Part shown: positions 1-13,489 of the stretch, one piece after another | Numbering within the stretch: the stretch's first letter is position 1 | Layout: each line of letters starts with the position of its first letter | Source: Zygophlyctis sp. KS116 | Taxonomy: Eukaryota > Fungi > Chytridiomycota | NCBI GenBank assembly: GCA_054661495.1 | Contig: BAAFSQ010000122.1 | Coordinates: 1-28,508, forward strand | Direction of reading: 5' to 3' | DNA length: 28,508 nucleotides | The notes under the pieces: model-generated | Database searches by the model: none | Told to the model about the DNA's origin: nothing | Seen by the model: only the letters and a program-made list of their open reading frames with translations | Made by a program: the position numbers and the translations under genes

Positions 1-30
1 TGGATATATAATCAATTTCGCTCCTGGCGT

Positions 31-75
31 TTGTCGAGTGAGAATTTGTCGAGTGAGAATTTGTCGAGTGAGAAT
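31..75. repeat. Perfect tandem repeat, 3 x 15 bp (TTGTCGAGTGAGAAT)
   Basis: Identical units at 31-45, 46-60 and 61-75. Confidence 0.95.
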
Positions 76-105
76 TTTATCAACTGGATCGTTTCAAATC
101 ATTCA

Positions 106-535
106 TTAAATTTTCCAAAAGAATATGCTTCTTAACTTTCTTAAAATGATTATCTTGATCTCTTCATCCTCTTTATTGCCTACATGCGCTAAACTAAGTA
201 GCAAAAACGCAACATCTGCATTCTCTTCAAAACAACACTCCCCCATGTTTACGGTCAAGAATGGATTTAACGATTTAACAATCAAATCTTCAATGCACTC
301 TAATTCAAATATTATGAAAAAATCAAAGACTGGAAAAGCCATGTCCGGTTCATCTAAATTCACAACCGGTTCATCAACCAATCGACCAATGAAACACAAG
401 GGGAAATGGATCAAATCTCATTTCAGCCCAATGGTATCAAACAATGCACAAAACTTGAATTTCAAGCAAAATTCGTGCATGAAAGGTCCAAGCACTTTTG
501 ATCAGGTCTTGAACAAAGCAGCAGCAATGTCCTAG
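106..535 (-). pseudogene. Possible degraded or hypothetical coding region
   Basis: The minus frame of ORF 106..414 looks protein-like and extends upstream through two TGA stops. The + ORF 125..535 is its antisense shadow. No family recognised. Confidence 0.2.
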
Positions 536-558
536 TTGTCAAAAAAGAAAAAATTGTA

Positions 559-1798
559 ATGCGACACTTTGTTAGATCACAAGTATTGAGAGTATGTAAG
601 AGGTCTTTTATCCCTACGATCGCATCTGCGTCTAGAATTCCCTTTGCAATTACTAGAAATGTGCGATTAATGAAAACTTTGACTTTTGGATCTGAGCAGG
701 AAGTCGTTTTTGAAAGATCGGATTTCCCTAAAGAAAAACTCGCACAGATCTTTGCTAATGATACAATGGCGGTCATTGGTTACGGATCGCAAGGAAAAGC
801 TCAATCGTTAAATATGAAAGATAACGGTTTAAAGGTCATTGTTGGGTTGAGAAAAGGAGGATATTCATGGGAAAAAGCAAAGAGTGATGGATGGGTAGAA
901 GGTGAAACGCTTTTTCCTATTGAAGAGGCATGTCAAAAGGGAACGGTATTATATCGGAAATCTTAATCTAGGTTATTATGAATCTTTTATCTGATGCAGG
1001 CCAAAAAGAAGCATGGCCTTCTATGAAGAAATACTTGGTCAAAGGAAAAACTCTTTTCTTCTCTCATGGATTTGGAATTGTTTTTCATGATCAGACTGGT
1101 ATTGTTCCTCCAAAAGATATTGATGTTATTTTGGCTGCTCCAAAAGGATCTGGTACAACTGTAAGATCCTTGTTTTTGGATGGAAGAGGTATAAACTCTT
1201 CTATTGCCGTATTCCAAGATGTTTCTGGAAAAGCAGAAGAAAAAGCTTGTGCTCTAGGCGTAGCAATTGGATCTGGTTATTTGTACAAGACTACATTGTA
1301 ATACTTTAAGAATTAATTAAATTAGTCAAAAGGAGGTATATTCTGATTTGACTGGTGAACGTGGTGTTTTAATGGGTGCAATCCAAGGCCTTTTTAAAGC
1401 TCAATATGATGTGTTAAGAGCTAAAGGACATTCTCCTTCTGAAGCTTTTAATGAAACTGTTGAAGAAGCTACTCAATCTTTGTATCCTCTTGTAGCTGCT
1501 AATGGTATGGACTGGATGTATGCAAATTGTTCTACAACTGCATGTCGTGGGGCTTTAGATTGGGCACCAAAGTTTTATACTGCTACTAAACCAGTGTTTG
1601 AGGTATATTTTTCCGGAATAATTTTAGAATTTGTATGAATCTGTTGAAAATGGATCGGAGACTGCCCGTACATTGTCTGAAAATGCAAAACCAGATTATA
1701 GAGAAAATTTAGAAAAAGAGTTGAAGGAAATCCGTGATTCTGAAATGTGGCAGGCCGGAAGAACCGTTCGTCAACTAAGACCAGAGAATCAAAAATAG
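559..1798 (+). CDS. ILV5: Ketol-acid reductoisomerase, mitochondrial; 4 exons
   Basis: Motifs [50 protein letters not shown]. Arg-rich presequence. Introns 946-971, 1298-1325 and 1603-1627 restore the frame; ends ...[12 protein letters not shown]. Confidence 0.96.
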
Positions 1799-1871
1799 AT
1801 GCTAGTTTGCTCTTTGTTTTAACTCTTGTTTTTAAGTAGCAGAATTGATGAGTTAGGGCCTAGTCCGGAAG

Positions 1872-4800
1872 ATGCAAAGCGGTGCAATCATTCGCATCAA
1901 ACTCAAAAACTTTCTAACTTATACCTCTGCAGAGTTTTTCCCAGGTCAACAGCTAAATCTAGTCATTGGGTAAATTACCTTCACTAAGGAATAGTCCAAA
2001 TGGCACCGGAAAATCTACAATCGTATGCGCTATTGCACTAGGTCTTGCAGGCAAACCGGATGTTCTCGGACGATCAAAGGAAATCCAGGAATTTGTAAAG
2101 CATGGTGCAGAAAAGGCTTCTGTTGAAATTGAACTGTACAATTCTGAGAATAATGGAAATTTAATAATCAAAAGAAGTTTTAAAAGAGGTTCTAATTCTT
2201 CTGTATGGAGAATTTCAGGTACTAAATACCTCTGGTAATATCTAGGAGAACCAGCAACTGAAAAGCAGGTTCGTGAAGAGGTCAGAAAATTAAATATTCA
2301 GGTCGATAATTTATGGTAATTATTCTGAATAACTTTTTAGTCAATTTCTTCCTCAAGATAAGGTGTCTGCATTCGCTCAGCTGAGTCCATCAGAACTTTT
2401 GCGAGAAACTGAACGTGCAGCTGGTGGAGACCAACTACTAAAAGATCACGACGACTTGATTGCATTTCGAAAAAACGAAAAGAAATTTGTAGGCGAGTGT
2501 GATCAATGGACTTCTAAAGTTCAAAATTTAGAGGCTAGAAATCAAGCCGTAGAAAGAGAAGTGACAAGATATCTTGAAAGAGATGCGATTTTAAACAAAA
2601 TTCGCATTTTAGAGTTATCGGTTCCTTGGATAAAATATGATCATTTAGTGGCTGTGTATCAAGATTCCAAAGAAGCTAAAAATGAAGCTAAAACGGTTTA
2701 TGAAGAGCTTATGGCTAGTGAAGCTCCATTGCACGAAGAAATTAAGAAATCAAAAACGGATTCTCAAAAATATGATCAACTCGCAAGAAATTCACAAAAA
2801 GAATTTAATGAATTGACTAATGTAAGTTTTTAAAGTATGTCGATATTATAGGAAATGGCTCGAATTTGTGAATCAATAAGCGTCAGTGACGGCAGGTTAT
2901 ATGATGAAAAATCGAATATCACATCATTGGAGTCTAAAGTGAATAAAAGAGTGACAGAGATTGATAGCCTCAAAGCCAATATACGTAGAGAGACCGTAAC
3001 AGTTGAAAATATGCTGCATGAATTAATTGAAGATGGCGTTTTGAATAACGATGGTCAAAATGAGTCTGTTCCAAAAGGAAAAGTTGCCCAGCTAATGGCA
3101 GAGCAAGATCGAATAAAGGCTATACTCTTGGAAAATATAAATCATATATCTGAACTCCACAGACAAAGATCCGAAGCTACAAACGATCGAAACCGCATTC
3201 AGCAACAAAGAGACCGAATAGCGCACAATTTGAATAATCTTGATGATTCACGTCACCAAAAATTACAGCAATTCAACAGTTCACGCGATCGAGATACATA
3301 TGAAGCTGTTCGATGGCTTCAGGCGAATAAAATGAAGTTCAAACAAGCCGTTTTTGAACCTGTTGCTTTAGAAATCAATGTAGCAGATAAAAAGTATTTT
3401 AAGAAATATTTAACTTTAGTATGGCTAGAATAGTGGAATCAATCCTAGGCAGAGCTACACTCTCGGTAATTATTCTTAAAAAATTCTCAACTCAAGACTT
3501 TTGTTACTACATGCAAAGAGGATTATGACTTAATCTGCCAAGAGCTGATCGATCGAAAGCGACTGCGAATAAATGTACAGAATGTAGACAGACCATTGTC
3601 ATTTTTTAAAAGTCCGATTGCAAAGAAACAGATAGAGAGTCTTGGATTTGAAAATTATCTTTTAGATGTTATTCAGGGTCCTGAAGAAGTTCTATCGGTC
3701 ATTTGTCAGAGGTCAGGAGTTCATAGCATTGTATGAATGTTTAGTTTTTAATCCTTAGCCAGTTGCTTTAAAAGATATTTCTGATCATACAAAAGTGCAG
3801 TCGATGCAAGAAATTCAGTCATATGTTTCTAATTTTATATCGTATACTGTTAAGAGAGCTTATGGATCTTCTTCGACTAGAACATTTAGAATCCCAAGCG
3901 ATGCAAAATTTCTGTCTCTTTCAGGTATTTTTATGACTAAATTGATAATGTAGTTGACCTACAGTACAAGCATCAACTAGAACGGGAATTTGAGGAGCTG
4001 TCTGGTGTACTTGAGGAGAAAAATAATATCGTTTTCGAAATAGAACGGAAGGAAGGGTGGATGAGATCTGAAGATCAGAAAATGCGTGATGAAAAAGTGA
4101 CATTTAATTATTTTCTTATTTCTAGATACTTGTTGGTCAGAAAAAAAAGGAATTAATGGAAAGAAGGGGCGATTATTTTAGAAGGACACAAAAATTAGGT
4201 AATGCTATTAAATTTGAAAGCAAGATGTTGATAAAGCGCATGTAGAAAGATTACAAGATTCTTGTAAAAATGTTGAGGAGGAAGAAATGTCCATACGCCA
4301 TAAAATTCTTGCCATAAATGTAAAGAAGGCAAAACAGGCTTTGCAATTACACGTAAATCTTATATTGCATCTAATCTCTAGAAAACTCAAATGAAAGCGG
4401 CAGACTTGTTTCGCGATAGGACTAAGAACATGCTTAAAGGGATCCACATACAGGCAAAACTTGCAGATTTAGAAGATCAATTCAGAATTATAGCTGATTC
4501 TCTAAAGAATGCGGAAACTCGGTATATCAGCAGTAATCAAACTCATAATATAATGTTTAGCGGTTGAGAAATTGAAGAGGTGCAAAGCTCAGGCTAGAGA
4601 TGCCTTGGAGACTGCGAAAGCATTGTGTGAAGACCTTTCAGAAAGCGATAAAAAAATGGTAGACGATGTAAGATTTTGGTTAAAATATATAAATTATTAG
4701 TTCAAAGAAAAAACAATGGAGGAAGTTGAAGCCTTGCTAGCGGAAAATCAAGCAAAAGCGGATATGATCCTTCAGACAAACCCGGGGGTTATCGAGGCTT

Positions 4801-5419
4801 ATAATGAGAGAAAAGCCCAGGTATTTTGTTATCACTTCAATAACTCTAGATTGAAGAATTGAAAAGCAATATTTCAAGGGGTGAATCTCAACTTGGTAGT
4901 TTGCGCAGTAATATCGAGGCTAAAAAGGAAAATTGGGTTGCTAAACTGAATCAGTATATTCAAAAAATCAATAAGTCTTTTTCTGATGCATTTTCTAGCA
5001 TGGGTATAGCAGGCGAAGTTCGTCTCGGCACTCATGATGACTATGACCAGTGGGGTGTTCAAATTTTAGTGAAATTCCGAGATAAGGAAAAGCTGGAACT
5101 GCTTACAAGTCATCGCCAGTCTGGAGGAGAAAGATCTGTGTCAACAATGCTTTATTTAATTGCATTACAATCTCTCTCTAAATCACCTTTTCGTGTGGTT
5201 GATGAAATAAATCAGGGTATGGATCCAAAAAATGAGAGGGCAGTTCATAATCAGATTGTAAAGGCAGCTTGTGGGTCGAATACATCACAATATTTTCTAA
5301 TAACTCCAAAGCTATTGAATAATTTGGAGTATCGTGATGAAATGCGTGTGCTATGTGTTATGAACGGGGCGTGGCTTCCTGATGGAGGGTTAGTTTCTAG
5401 GGCATTGAGCGAGTTATGA
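1872..5419 (+). CDS. SMC5: Structural maintenance of chromosomes protein 5; about 14 small introns
   Basis: MQSGAIIRIKLKNFLTY; Walker A GPNGTGKST across intron 1970-1994; DNLCQFLPQDKV across intron 2316-2340; coiled coils; QSGGERSVSTMLYL; PFRVVDEINQGMD. Confidence 0.95.
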
Positions 5420-5727
5420 ATGCACAAGGACCAATCTACAGATCAATACAAGCTAAACTCTCATCTCTGTCTCCTGCACACCTAGAAATCATTAATGAAT
5501 CTTGGAAGCATTCTTCCCATGAGGCGATGAAAGGAGTAACCAGTAAAGAGACCCATTTTAATATAAAAATTGTTTCCAATTGTTTTGAGTCAAAGGTAGA
5601 TTTTATTATAATCATTGATTAGAGCTTGATCCAAAGACATCGACTGATATATGATCTTTTACAAGAGGAATTAAAAAATGGACTGCATGCACTCTCATTG
5701 TCAGCTAAAACGGAAAAGGAAGCCTAA
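5416..5727 (+). CDS. BolA-family protein (BOLA1/Uvi31 type)
   Basis: LEIINESWKH, ETHFNIKIVS; intron 5596-5622; second exon SLIQRHRLIYDLLQEELKNGLHALSLSAKT. Confidence 0.92.
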
Positions 5728-5735
5728 TAATGTAT

Positions 5736-6786
5736 TTAATAGCGATTTCTAAATTTTAATTATTGCAAACTACAAACCTTGGGGGAGGTGCATTATATTT
5801 GTCCCTTGTGTCACCATCCTGTCTTCTCTGTGAATCATGTCCTCGATCTCTACTAGATCTGGATGAGTATCCTCGGTCCCCTCGATCCCCTCGATCTCCA
5901 CGATCATTACTGTAACGTTTTTCACTCCTATCACTTCTGTCTCCTCTATCATATCGGCCATTCCTATCACCTCTATCATAAGATCTCCTATCATCTCTGT
6001 CTCTGCGTCGAGAATCATCACGTTCAATTGATCGTCTTGGGGCTTCTCTATCAAATGACTGTCTCCCATAGCCTACTATTTAAATCACTATTGCCAACCT
6101 TTACTTGAAGAAGACTCTCGTCTATCATACTTTCGATAAGGTTCACTTCTTGAGCTATCTAATTCTTTCTTCATTGGCTTCACTCCAGGTGCTCTCGTTT
6201 CACCAATCCCACCACCCAACTTCCTAGGAATCCAGCCTGAAACGGTTCTTCCTCTTTCAACATCTACAGCCAGTCTTCTTCCTCGTATTTTATAACCATC
6301 CATTTCTCTTTTTGCTGTACTCAAATCAGATTCTCTTTCGAATTCTATAAACGCATAACCTCTTGCCTTTCCTGTACCCTTTTCTGACACCAAAGATACT
6401 TTTGTTATGGGTCCATAGTAAGAAAATATAGACTTGAGCTCATCAGCATCAGTATCATACGGCAATCTAGCTACAAATAATGTTCTATATGGGTCAGAAC
6501 CTATTGCATTTGGATCAGATATTGGATCCCAATTCTTTTTCCTAGACTTGATTAATTCAGCAGATTTGACTTCTCTTTGCTTCTTCTTCTTTAGTCTTTT
6601 AACAAAAATAGTTTCTGTTGGAACATAGTCCTGATCAAATCCTTTGCAATCTTTTAAAAATGGAGTCAATGGAGTCAGTTGTAGTCTTTTCCTATCATTA
6701 AAGTCTCTATCTGTGGGTCCGAGATAAGGTAATGGCGGTCGTGGAGTAAAGTATTTCAATAACTGCGGCGGCAAGTTTGCAGTCAT
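5736..6786 (-). CDS. SNP1: U1 snRNP 70 kDa protein
   Basis: MTANLPPQLLKYFTPRPPLPYL; RRM (DPYRTLFVARL, RGYAFIEF, VDVERGRTV..WIPRKLGGG); RD/RS-rich tail after intron 6073-6098; probable last intron 5749-5777. Confidence 0.93.
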
Positions 6787-6888
6787 TTTCAATTTTCAAA
6801 CCTTTTTCCAGCCTCGCCCTCATCTTTAAAAGGTGTCGTTTTCTGTTTCCTAAATTGTATCAGTATGCTTGATTAAAAATATATTTTA

Positions 6889-7173
6889 TTAATTCCATAC
6901 ACCTCTGTTAATCTGACCATCCTGAACAATTTTAGGGACTGAGTAATATGAATCTGCATCAAGAGATTTTGTATATTCTGCCAGACTGATCTTTCTAGGT
7001 TTGGGTTGAGAACTGGAAGTGATAGATTGTGCTTTTTCTACATTGACTGGATATTTTGACATTACAGAATTAAGTAGTATTTTATTAGGGGTTTCTAGAG
7101 AGTTGTAGTCAAAGAATGGTTTTTTAGGTTGTGCAGGGATCTTTTTAGAAGTTTTACTCATTGCTGATCCCAT
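6889..7173 (-). CDS. Small hypothetical protein with MGxxxS N-terminus
   Basis: ATG-initiated 94-aa ORF filling the gap, divergent from the RING1-like gene. The 3' end is uncertain. Confidence 0.55.
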   Translation of the reverse strand: MGSAMSKTSKKIPAQPKKPFFDYNSLETPNKILLNSVMSKYPVNVEKAQSITSSSQPKPRKISLAEYTKSLDADSYYSVPKIVQDGQINRGVWN

Positions 7174-7239
7174 TTTCTCGTCTCAAAATCGCGCAAATTT
7201 TGTTTACAGTTTTTGGGTGCGGAAATTATTACAACTATA

Positions 7240-8136
7240 ATGTCAATCGTCTATGAATTGTAAATTTGATCAAGGATTTATTAATAGTAATATAAAAACA
7301 ATCACAAAGGAACTCTCTTGTCCGATATGCCTAGGTATTTTATCAAAGACGACAGTAGTAGATCAGGTAAGTTGAAAGTGCCACAAGATTTAAACAAAAG
7401 TGTCTTCATCGGTTTTGTTATGATTGCATTAATACTGCTCTAAGGCTTGGGTATAAAAATGTTTCTAAATATTAGGAAAAAAGAATGTCCGAGTTGCAGG
7501 GCGCCATGTCCGAACAAAAGAAATCTTCGGATTGATACCAAATTTGATAATATTATTTCTAAATTATGTCCAGACAATGCCAAAGAAGAAGGAAATATTC
7601 CACAAGGAAATATTGTTTTATCAAATAAGAAGGTATATTTTGGAAAGGTAATGAATGATCAGCTTCCTAAAAAGATCTTGGCTAGATCAGGGAAAATTGA
7701 AAAGGCAGTACATGGTAATGTAAATGATCACAAAAGAAATTTGAAATTGCTAAAGTTGGCTTCTCTGGAATCAACGCAATCAATCAGTACTACATCTAAT
7801 GAGGAAGAAAAGGGTGATAACAGTCCAATAGGATTTATTGAATTTAATCCAAAAACTAGTTGGAATGTTGAAATAGAACTAATACCGGATCCAAGAGAAG
7901 TAGATAATCAAAAAAGCATATCTGTTAGGACTCTAAGAGAATGTACGGGTCGGCATTTGGCCGATTGTTTAAAGGCACATTTGGGCTCAAATAAGCAAAT
8001 AGCCTTCTTTTTTAATGATGGAAAAGGTTTTGTTGATATAGATTTAGAGAATGAATTATCAAAATTGGTAAGTGATGATTCATTTAATGCAAAGGCATTC
8101 ATTAATTTTTTGCCAATTTACTACAAATTTATTTAG
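7240..8136 (+). CDS. RING1: RING1/RNF2-like E3 ubiquitin ligase (PRC1 core): C3HC4 RING plus putative C-terminal RAWUL domain
   Basis: Splicing introns 7260-7287, 7367-7400 and 7451-7475 gives ELSCPICLGILSKTTVVDQCLHRFCYDCINTALRLGKKECPSCRAPCPNKRNLRIDTKFDNIISKLCP. The C-terminus VEIELIPDP...T..HLADCL...LPIYYKF resembles RAWUL. Confidence 0.82.
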
Positions 8137-8153
8137 CTGTTCGCTTTGGTGAT

Positions 8154-9842
8154 TCATGATGTGATTTTGTTCAGATTGATAAACTGATAGCCATCGCTAA
8201 TGCTCTTTTTATGATGCCATAGAATTTTAGTTTTGTCTTGAGTACCGCATGGTATTTTCTGTAGTTGATTGAGATCCAAAGTTTCATCACTATTTGCCAA
8301 TGACATTCCATATTCACTGTCTAGAACAGTTGGTACAGGTTTTCGAGTTATTTCCATCTGGCATCTTTGATCTATTGAAGGTAGTACTTGAGCGCTCCAA
8401 ATTCCGTTGAATTTAGGATCCCTCCTTGGCAACTTTAGCAGTTTCTTAAAAGTCAATGCAAGCTTACTGGCAGAAAACTTTTCTTTAAATTTACGCTTTT
8501 TGAAGTAGTTATCAATCTGATTGATTGATGCGTCTATCTTTGTTTCTTTAAACTTGTTTCTTTTCTCTTCAAAGTCTACTTCATGATTCCTTATACGAGT
8601 TTCATTACATAAATGATATAATGATGTAATTGGATGTTGTTTCATACTTGAATCTTTAAGTATATGCAATATGTCTGATTCTTTTATTCCAAATCCAACG
8701 AGTTCTGCAACTGTTTTCTTATTTGGATTATTGATTCCATCTGGTCTATAAGGTACATAATTATTAGCAGGTGAATCATATCCAATATTTGTCCATCTAT
8801 AATTTTAATATAAGAATATTTACGAATCTTTTGCTATTTCATCAACTGTACATCTTGAAGCAGGATTTACTCTCAACATTTTAGAGATTAATCGTGTGAG
8901 TTCTATAATTAGAAATTTAATCATCATACCAGCAGAAAAAGATTGAGGTACAGTATAATTTCCATTAATTATTAAATTGTAAAGTTGCTTCATACAAGGT
9001 GCATCAAATGGTAAATGCCCAGAAACCATTGCATATAAAATAATTCCCAAGCTCCAAACATCCACTTCCGGACCAGTATATGGAGTTGCAGCAATCATTT
9101 CTGGAGCTGCATAGTATGGCGATCCACAAAATGTTTCAAGTTTAACTTCTTTTTGCCAAGTATTACCTAGGCCAAAATCCACCAATTTGATAATTGTCCT
9201 TGAGCTATCTAAAAGTAAATTTTCTGGTTTAATATCCCTATGAACTATTGAACTCTATAATTTAAAATCCCCAGATACCTTGTGCAGATAATCAATTGCT
9301 GAAATTATTTGCCGAAAAAAGTAGCGTGATTCCTTCTCTGTCAAGTGCGTAACTTGAGTAATGTAATTAAACAGCTCCCCTCCATCAACATACTCCATCA
9401 TGATAAAAATATTTGAATCCGTTTCAATCATTTCCAGCACTTGTACAATATGAGGATGAAAAATAAGTTTGTTTAGTCTGATTTCTCTTTTAATGGTTGT
9501 TTTTAGTTTTTGAGATTTAAAATTGGATTTTTCAATGATCTTGACTGCGACTTTCTCTGATGTTTTCAGATTTAGACATAATTTAACTTTTGCGAAACTC
9601 CCAACTCCCAGCGTCTTTTTGATCGCATAATCAGCCAACGCTGGCGAATCGCGTCGTCTTCCTCTAAAGAATGTTGAATTCAGCATCTTTCCAGATCCAT
9701 ATCTAGTTTCTAGAGTATAATCATAGTGATCCATCGGCACCGCATTATCAATGGTTTTGGAAGAAATCGGTGATGGATTAGTACTTGATGGGACACGGTC
9801 AGAGTCGATTTGAGAGATTCGAGGATAGAAAAAATCCATCAT
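8154..9842 (-). CDS. Ser/Thr kinase, CAMK group (AMPK/MARK/KIN-like); several introns
   Basis: LGVGSFAKVK, VAVKII, EYVDGGELF, HRDIKPENLL (around 9215-9245), DFG, TFCGSPYYAAPE, DVWSLGIILY. Confidence 0.9.
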
Positions 9843-9942
9843 TGTATTATTAGTATGAATCTAGGTTGTTTTTTTTGGAAACTAAATCTGAAAAAGGATA
9901 TTCTCCGGAGATTGAAGATAGGATGATTAAACATTGAAAAAG

Positions 9943-11322
<1,380 letters not shown>

Positions 11323-11359
11323 CTCAGTGTACAATTCCTAGACTCAAACAATAAAATCA

Positions 11360-12513
11360 TTACAAAACATCAACTTCAGAGTCATAGACAACTGTCCTTG
11401 ACTTGTACTCTGGGGAATTAGACTCTTCCCCATATATATCCCACCAACTACCACATTCTTTTACATTTTGTATACATGAATTCAATTCTTGACTCGCGTT
11501 TTCTATATTTTCAAACTCTAGAGTCTTGCATAGAGTTTCTTTTTGACTTGAATTTATAGAGCCTGTGCAAATGTTTTCCTTGTTTGTAATTTCTTCTTTT
11601 GTACATGATTCTTCCTTGACTGGATTTACAGACTCTAATCCACTTGTTTGATTTTCTTCCATTTTAGATTTAGATTTTTGCAGCTCACATTCCTCTTCTC
11701 CAACGTTTTCTGAACTCTCTAAATCCTTGAGATTCTCTAATCTCTCTAAATTTTTAGAAATTTCTGAATCTTTCAATGCAATATTTTCTAAAATAACATT
11801 CTCTTGGGTAATATTTTCTGGCAAGTCTTCTCTTCTAGACTCTAAGATTTCAGGATTTTGAATTTTTTTAGAAATATCCTTTAGAGAGTCTTGTAAACCG
11901 TTATTTTCCTGTAGAGATTCTTCAATATCAGAGTCTACTTGTTCTTTAAACAATTCGTGTTTTAGAGGTGATTCCTTGGCCTTGAATTTCTTTATTTTGA
12001 CTAGATTCTTTTTCCCAGAAACTTTAATAGGAGAGATTGATTTTACAAGTATTTTTACAGGTGTAGTAAGAGGATCTAGCGTAGACTGTAATTCTATATT
12101 TCCCAAATGTATGAATTTCTCCTTAACTGGAGTTTTATAGAAGAATCCTTCTAGTATTTTTGGAGTAACTTTAATTGTCTTGAATTTTCTTTTTGACTTT
12201 CCCAGTAAGGAATCAAATGCATCATCATCATAGAGTAATTTAGTAGATCTTTTTCTAGCTTCTACAGGATACGGATTGTATCTCTCATTATGAAAACTCT
12301 TTACACACTTTCCAATTTCCTTTACAGGCGTATTCCTCACAAATCCATTGTCTACAACAACACTTTCAGACAACAAATCAATTTCATCAGCCTTTAAATT
12401 TACATTTAATAATTTACTTCTGGAAATTCCCTAGAGTATCTAGAGTAAATATCCTCAAAAGCCTTTTTGAGCTTGTTTTTAGACTCTATTCTTTTGGAGA
12501 CTAGAGACTCCAT
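11360..12513 (-). CDS. SCM3: Scm3/HJURP-domain CENP-A chaperone with a long low-complexity tail
   Basis: Exon 1 (12513-12418) plus intron 12392-12417 gives KRIESKNKLKKAFEDIYSRYSREFPEADEIDLLSESVVVDNGFVRN, which matches the Scm3 pattern L..FE.I..KY....DEIDL.....VDNG. Confidence 0.8.
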
Positions 12514-12590
12514 ATTCTTTTTTAAACGCGATTTTTGATTGTTTTTTGGATTTTTCTTTAGTAGAAATTCTAGAGATTTCTTTATAAAGT

Positions 12591-13175
12591 TTAGAGAGAT
12601 TTGGAATTAGAGAGATCCTTTCCATCACCATCACTTTTTTTTAATTCTGTATCAGGAACTCTAGGCCACTCTTCAATTTTAGAAACAAGCTCCTGATTCT
12701 TTAGAGAATTCTGTTTCAGTAATCTTTTTTTCTCTAAATTCTTGAATCTAGAAAACAGAAAAGCAGAATTTAATTCATACCCTTTAATTACTGGTTGTAA
12801 TTTTTCCAATTTCTTTGAGTCTGAGAATGAAATTTGAGAAAATAAAGCTTTTTGTAAATTAGACATGAATCCATCTTGAGCTGGGAGAGTTTCTATAGAC
12901 TCTGGGATTTTAGATTCACTTTTAGAATCTTCATTTTCACGAGTTTCTAGAATTTTTGATTCATTTTGACTTGAATTTACAAGATTTTGACTAGAATTTA
13001 CAAGATTTTGAATCTTTTCTTGATAAATTGGTTTACAAAATGAGAGATCGGACAAGTGATTATCACAAATATAGAAAAAATCTAGGTCTGTTCTAAGGAC
13101 TGTTGAAGTAAATTTAGAACAAATAAAACATAAATTAGCTTTTGCAGCTGTTTTCTTGACGTAGAGATTCTCCAT
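12591..13175 (-). CDS. VFA1: Vps4-associated protein 1 family
   Basis: N-Y...CFICSKFTSTVL...DFFYICDNHLSD..FCKP; C-terminal YEL...F..R...PRVP; internal QNLVNSS duplication. Confidence 0.8.
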   Translation of the reverse strand: MENLYVKKTAAKANLCFICSKFTSTVLRTDLDFFYICDNHLSDLSFCKPIYQEKIQNLVNSSQNLVNSSQNESKILETRENEDSKSESKIPESIETLPAQDGFMSNLQKALFSQISFSDSKKLEKLQPVIKGYELNSAFLFSRFKNLEKKRLLKQNSLKNQELVSKIEEWPRVPDTELKKSDGDGKDLSNSKSL

Positions 13176-13231
13176 TTTCTTTTGAATTTCTAGGTTTTAC
13201 AATTTGTTTCAAGGGTTCATTCTAGGTTGTA

Positions 13232-13489
13232 ATGAAAAAATTCAATCCTCTGCAGACTGTTTATAAAAAGACTCTAGAACAAAAAGAAATCTCTAAAAAG
13301 GAAAAATTAGAATTGAAATTATTAAAAGAAAAAAAGGAAATACAAAGGAAAATGTATCAAGAAAAGGTTTTTTTTAAAAAATTAAAATTATAGAGAATAG
13401 AAAAAAATAAATTACATTCTGCTAGGAATAGAAGAGGTCAGGTTAAATTATCTAGTAGAATTTCAGATTTAATAGAGAAAATAAAATGA
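13232..13489 (+). CDS. Small Fyv7/CCDC59-like rRNA processing protein (76 aa), absent from the ORF track
   Basis: Lys/Glu-rich exon 13232-13366, intron 13367-13393, then a second exon ending RNRRGQVKLSSRISDLIEKIK, which resembles the Fyv7/TAP26 C-terminal GQ...L..KI motif. Confidence 0.65.

Noticed and set aside
31-75. CRISPR-like array
   Set aside because: The units are contiguous with no spacers, there are no cas genes, and the context is eukaryotic.
1799-1822. ATG immediately after the ILV5 stop (TAGATG) as a third coupled junction
   Set aside because: It opens only a 7-codon ORF, and I found no convincing splice into the SMC5 frame.
1872-5419. Prokaryotic SMC-type defence system (Wadjet, Lamassu, SbcC)
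   Set aside because: It has SMC5-specific motifs, spliceosomal introns and eukaryotic neighbours.
5770-6108. ORFs 5770..6069(-) and 5863..6108(+)
   Set aside because: They are alternative-frame and antisense shadows of the repetitive RD/RS tail of U1-70K.
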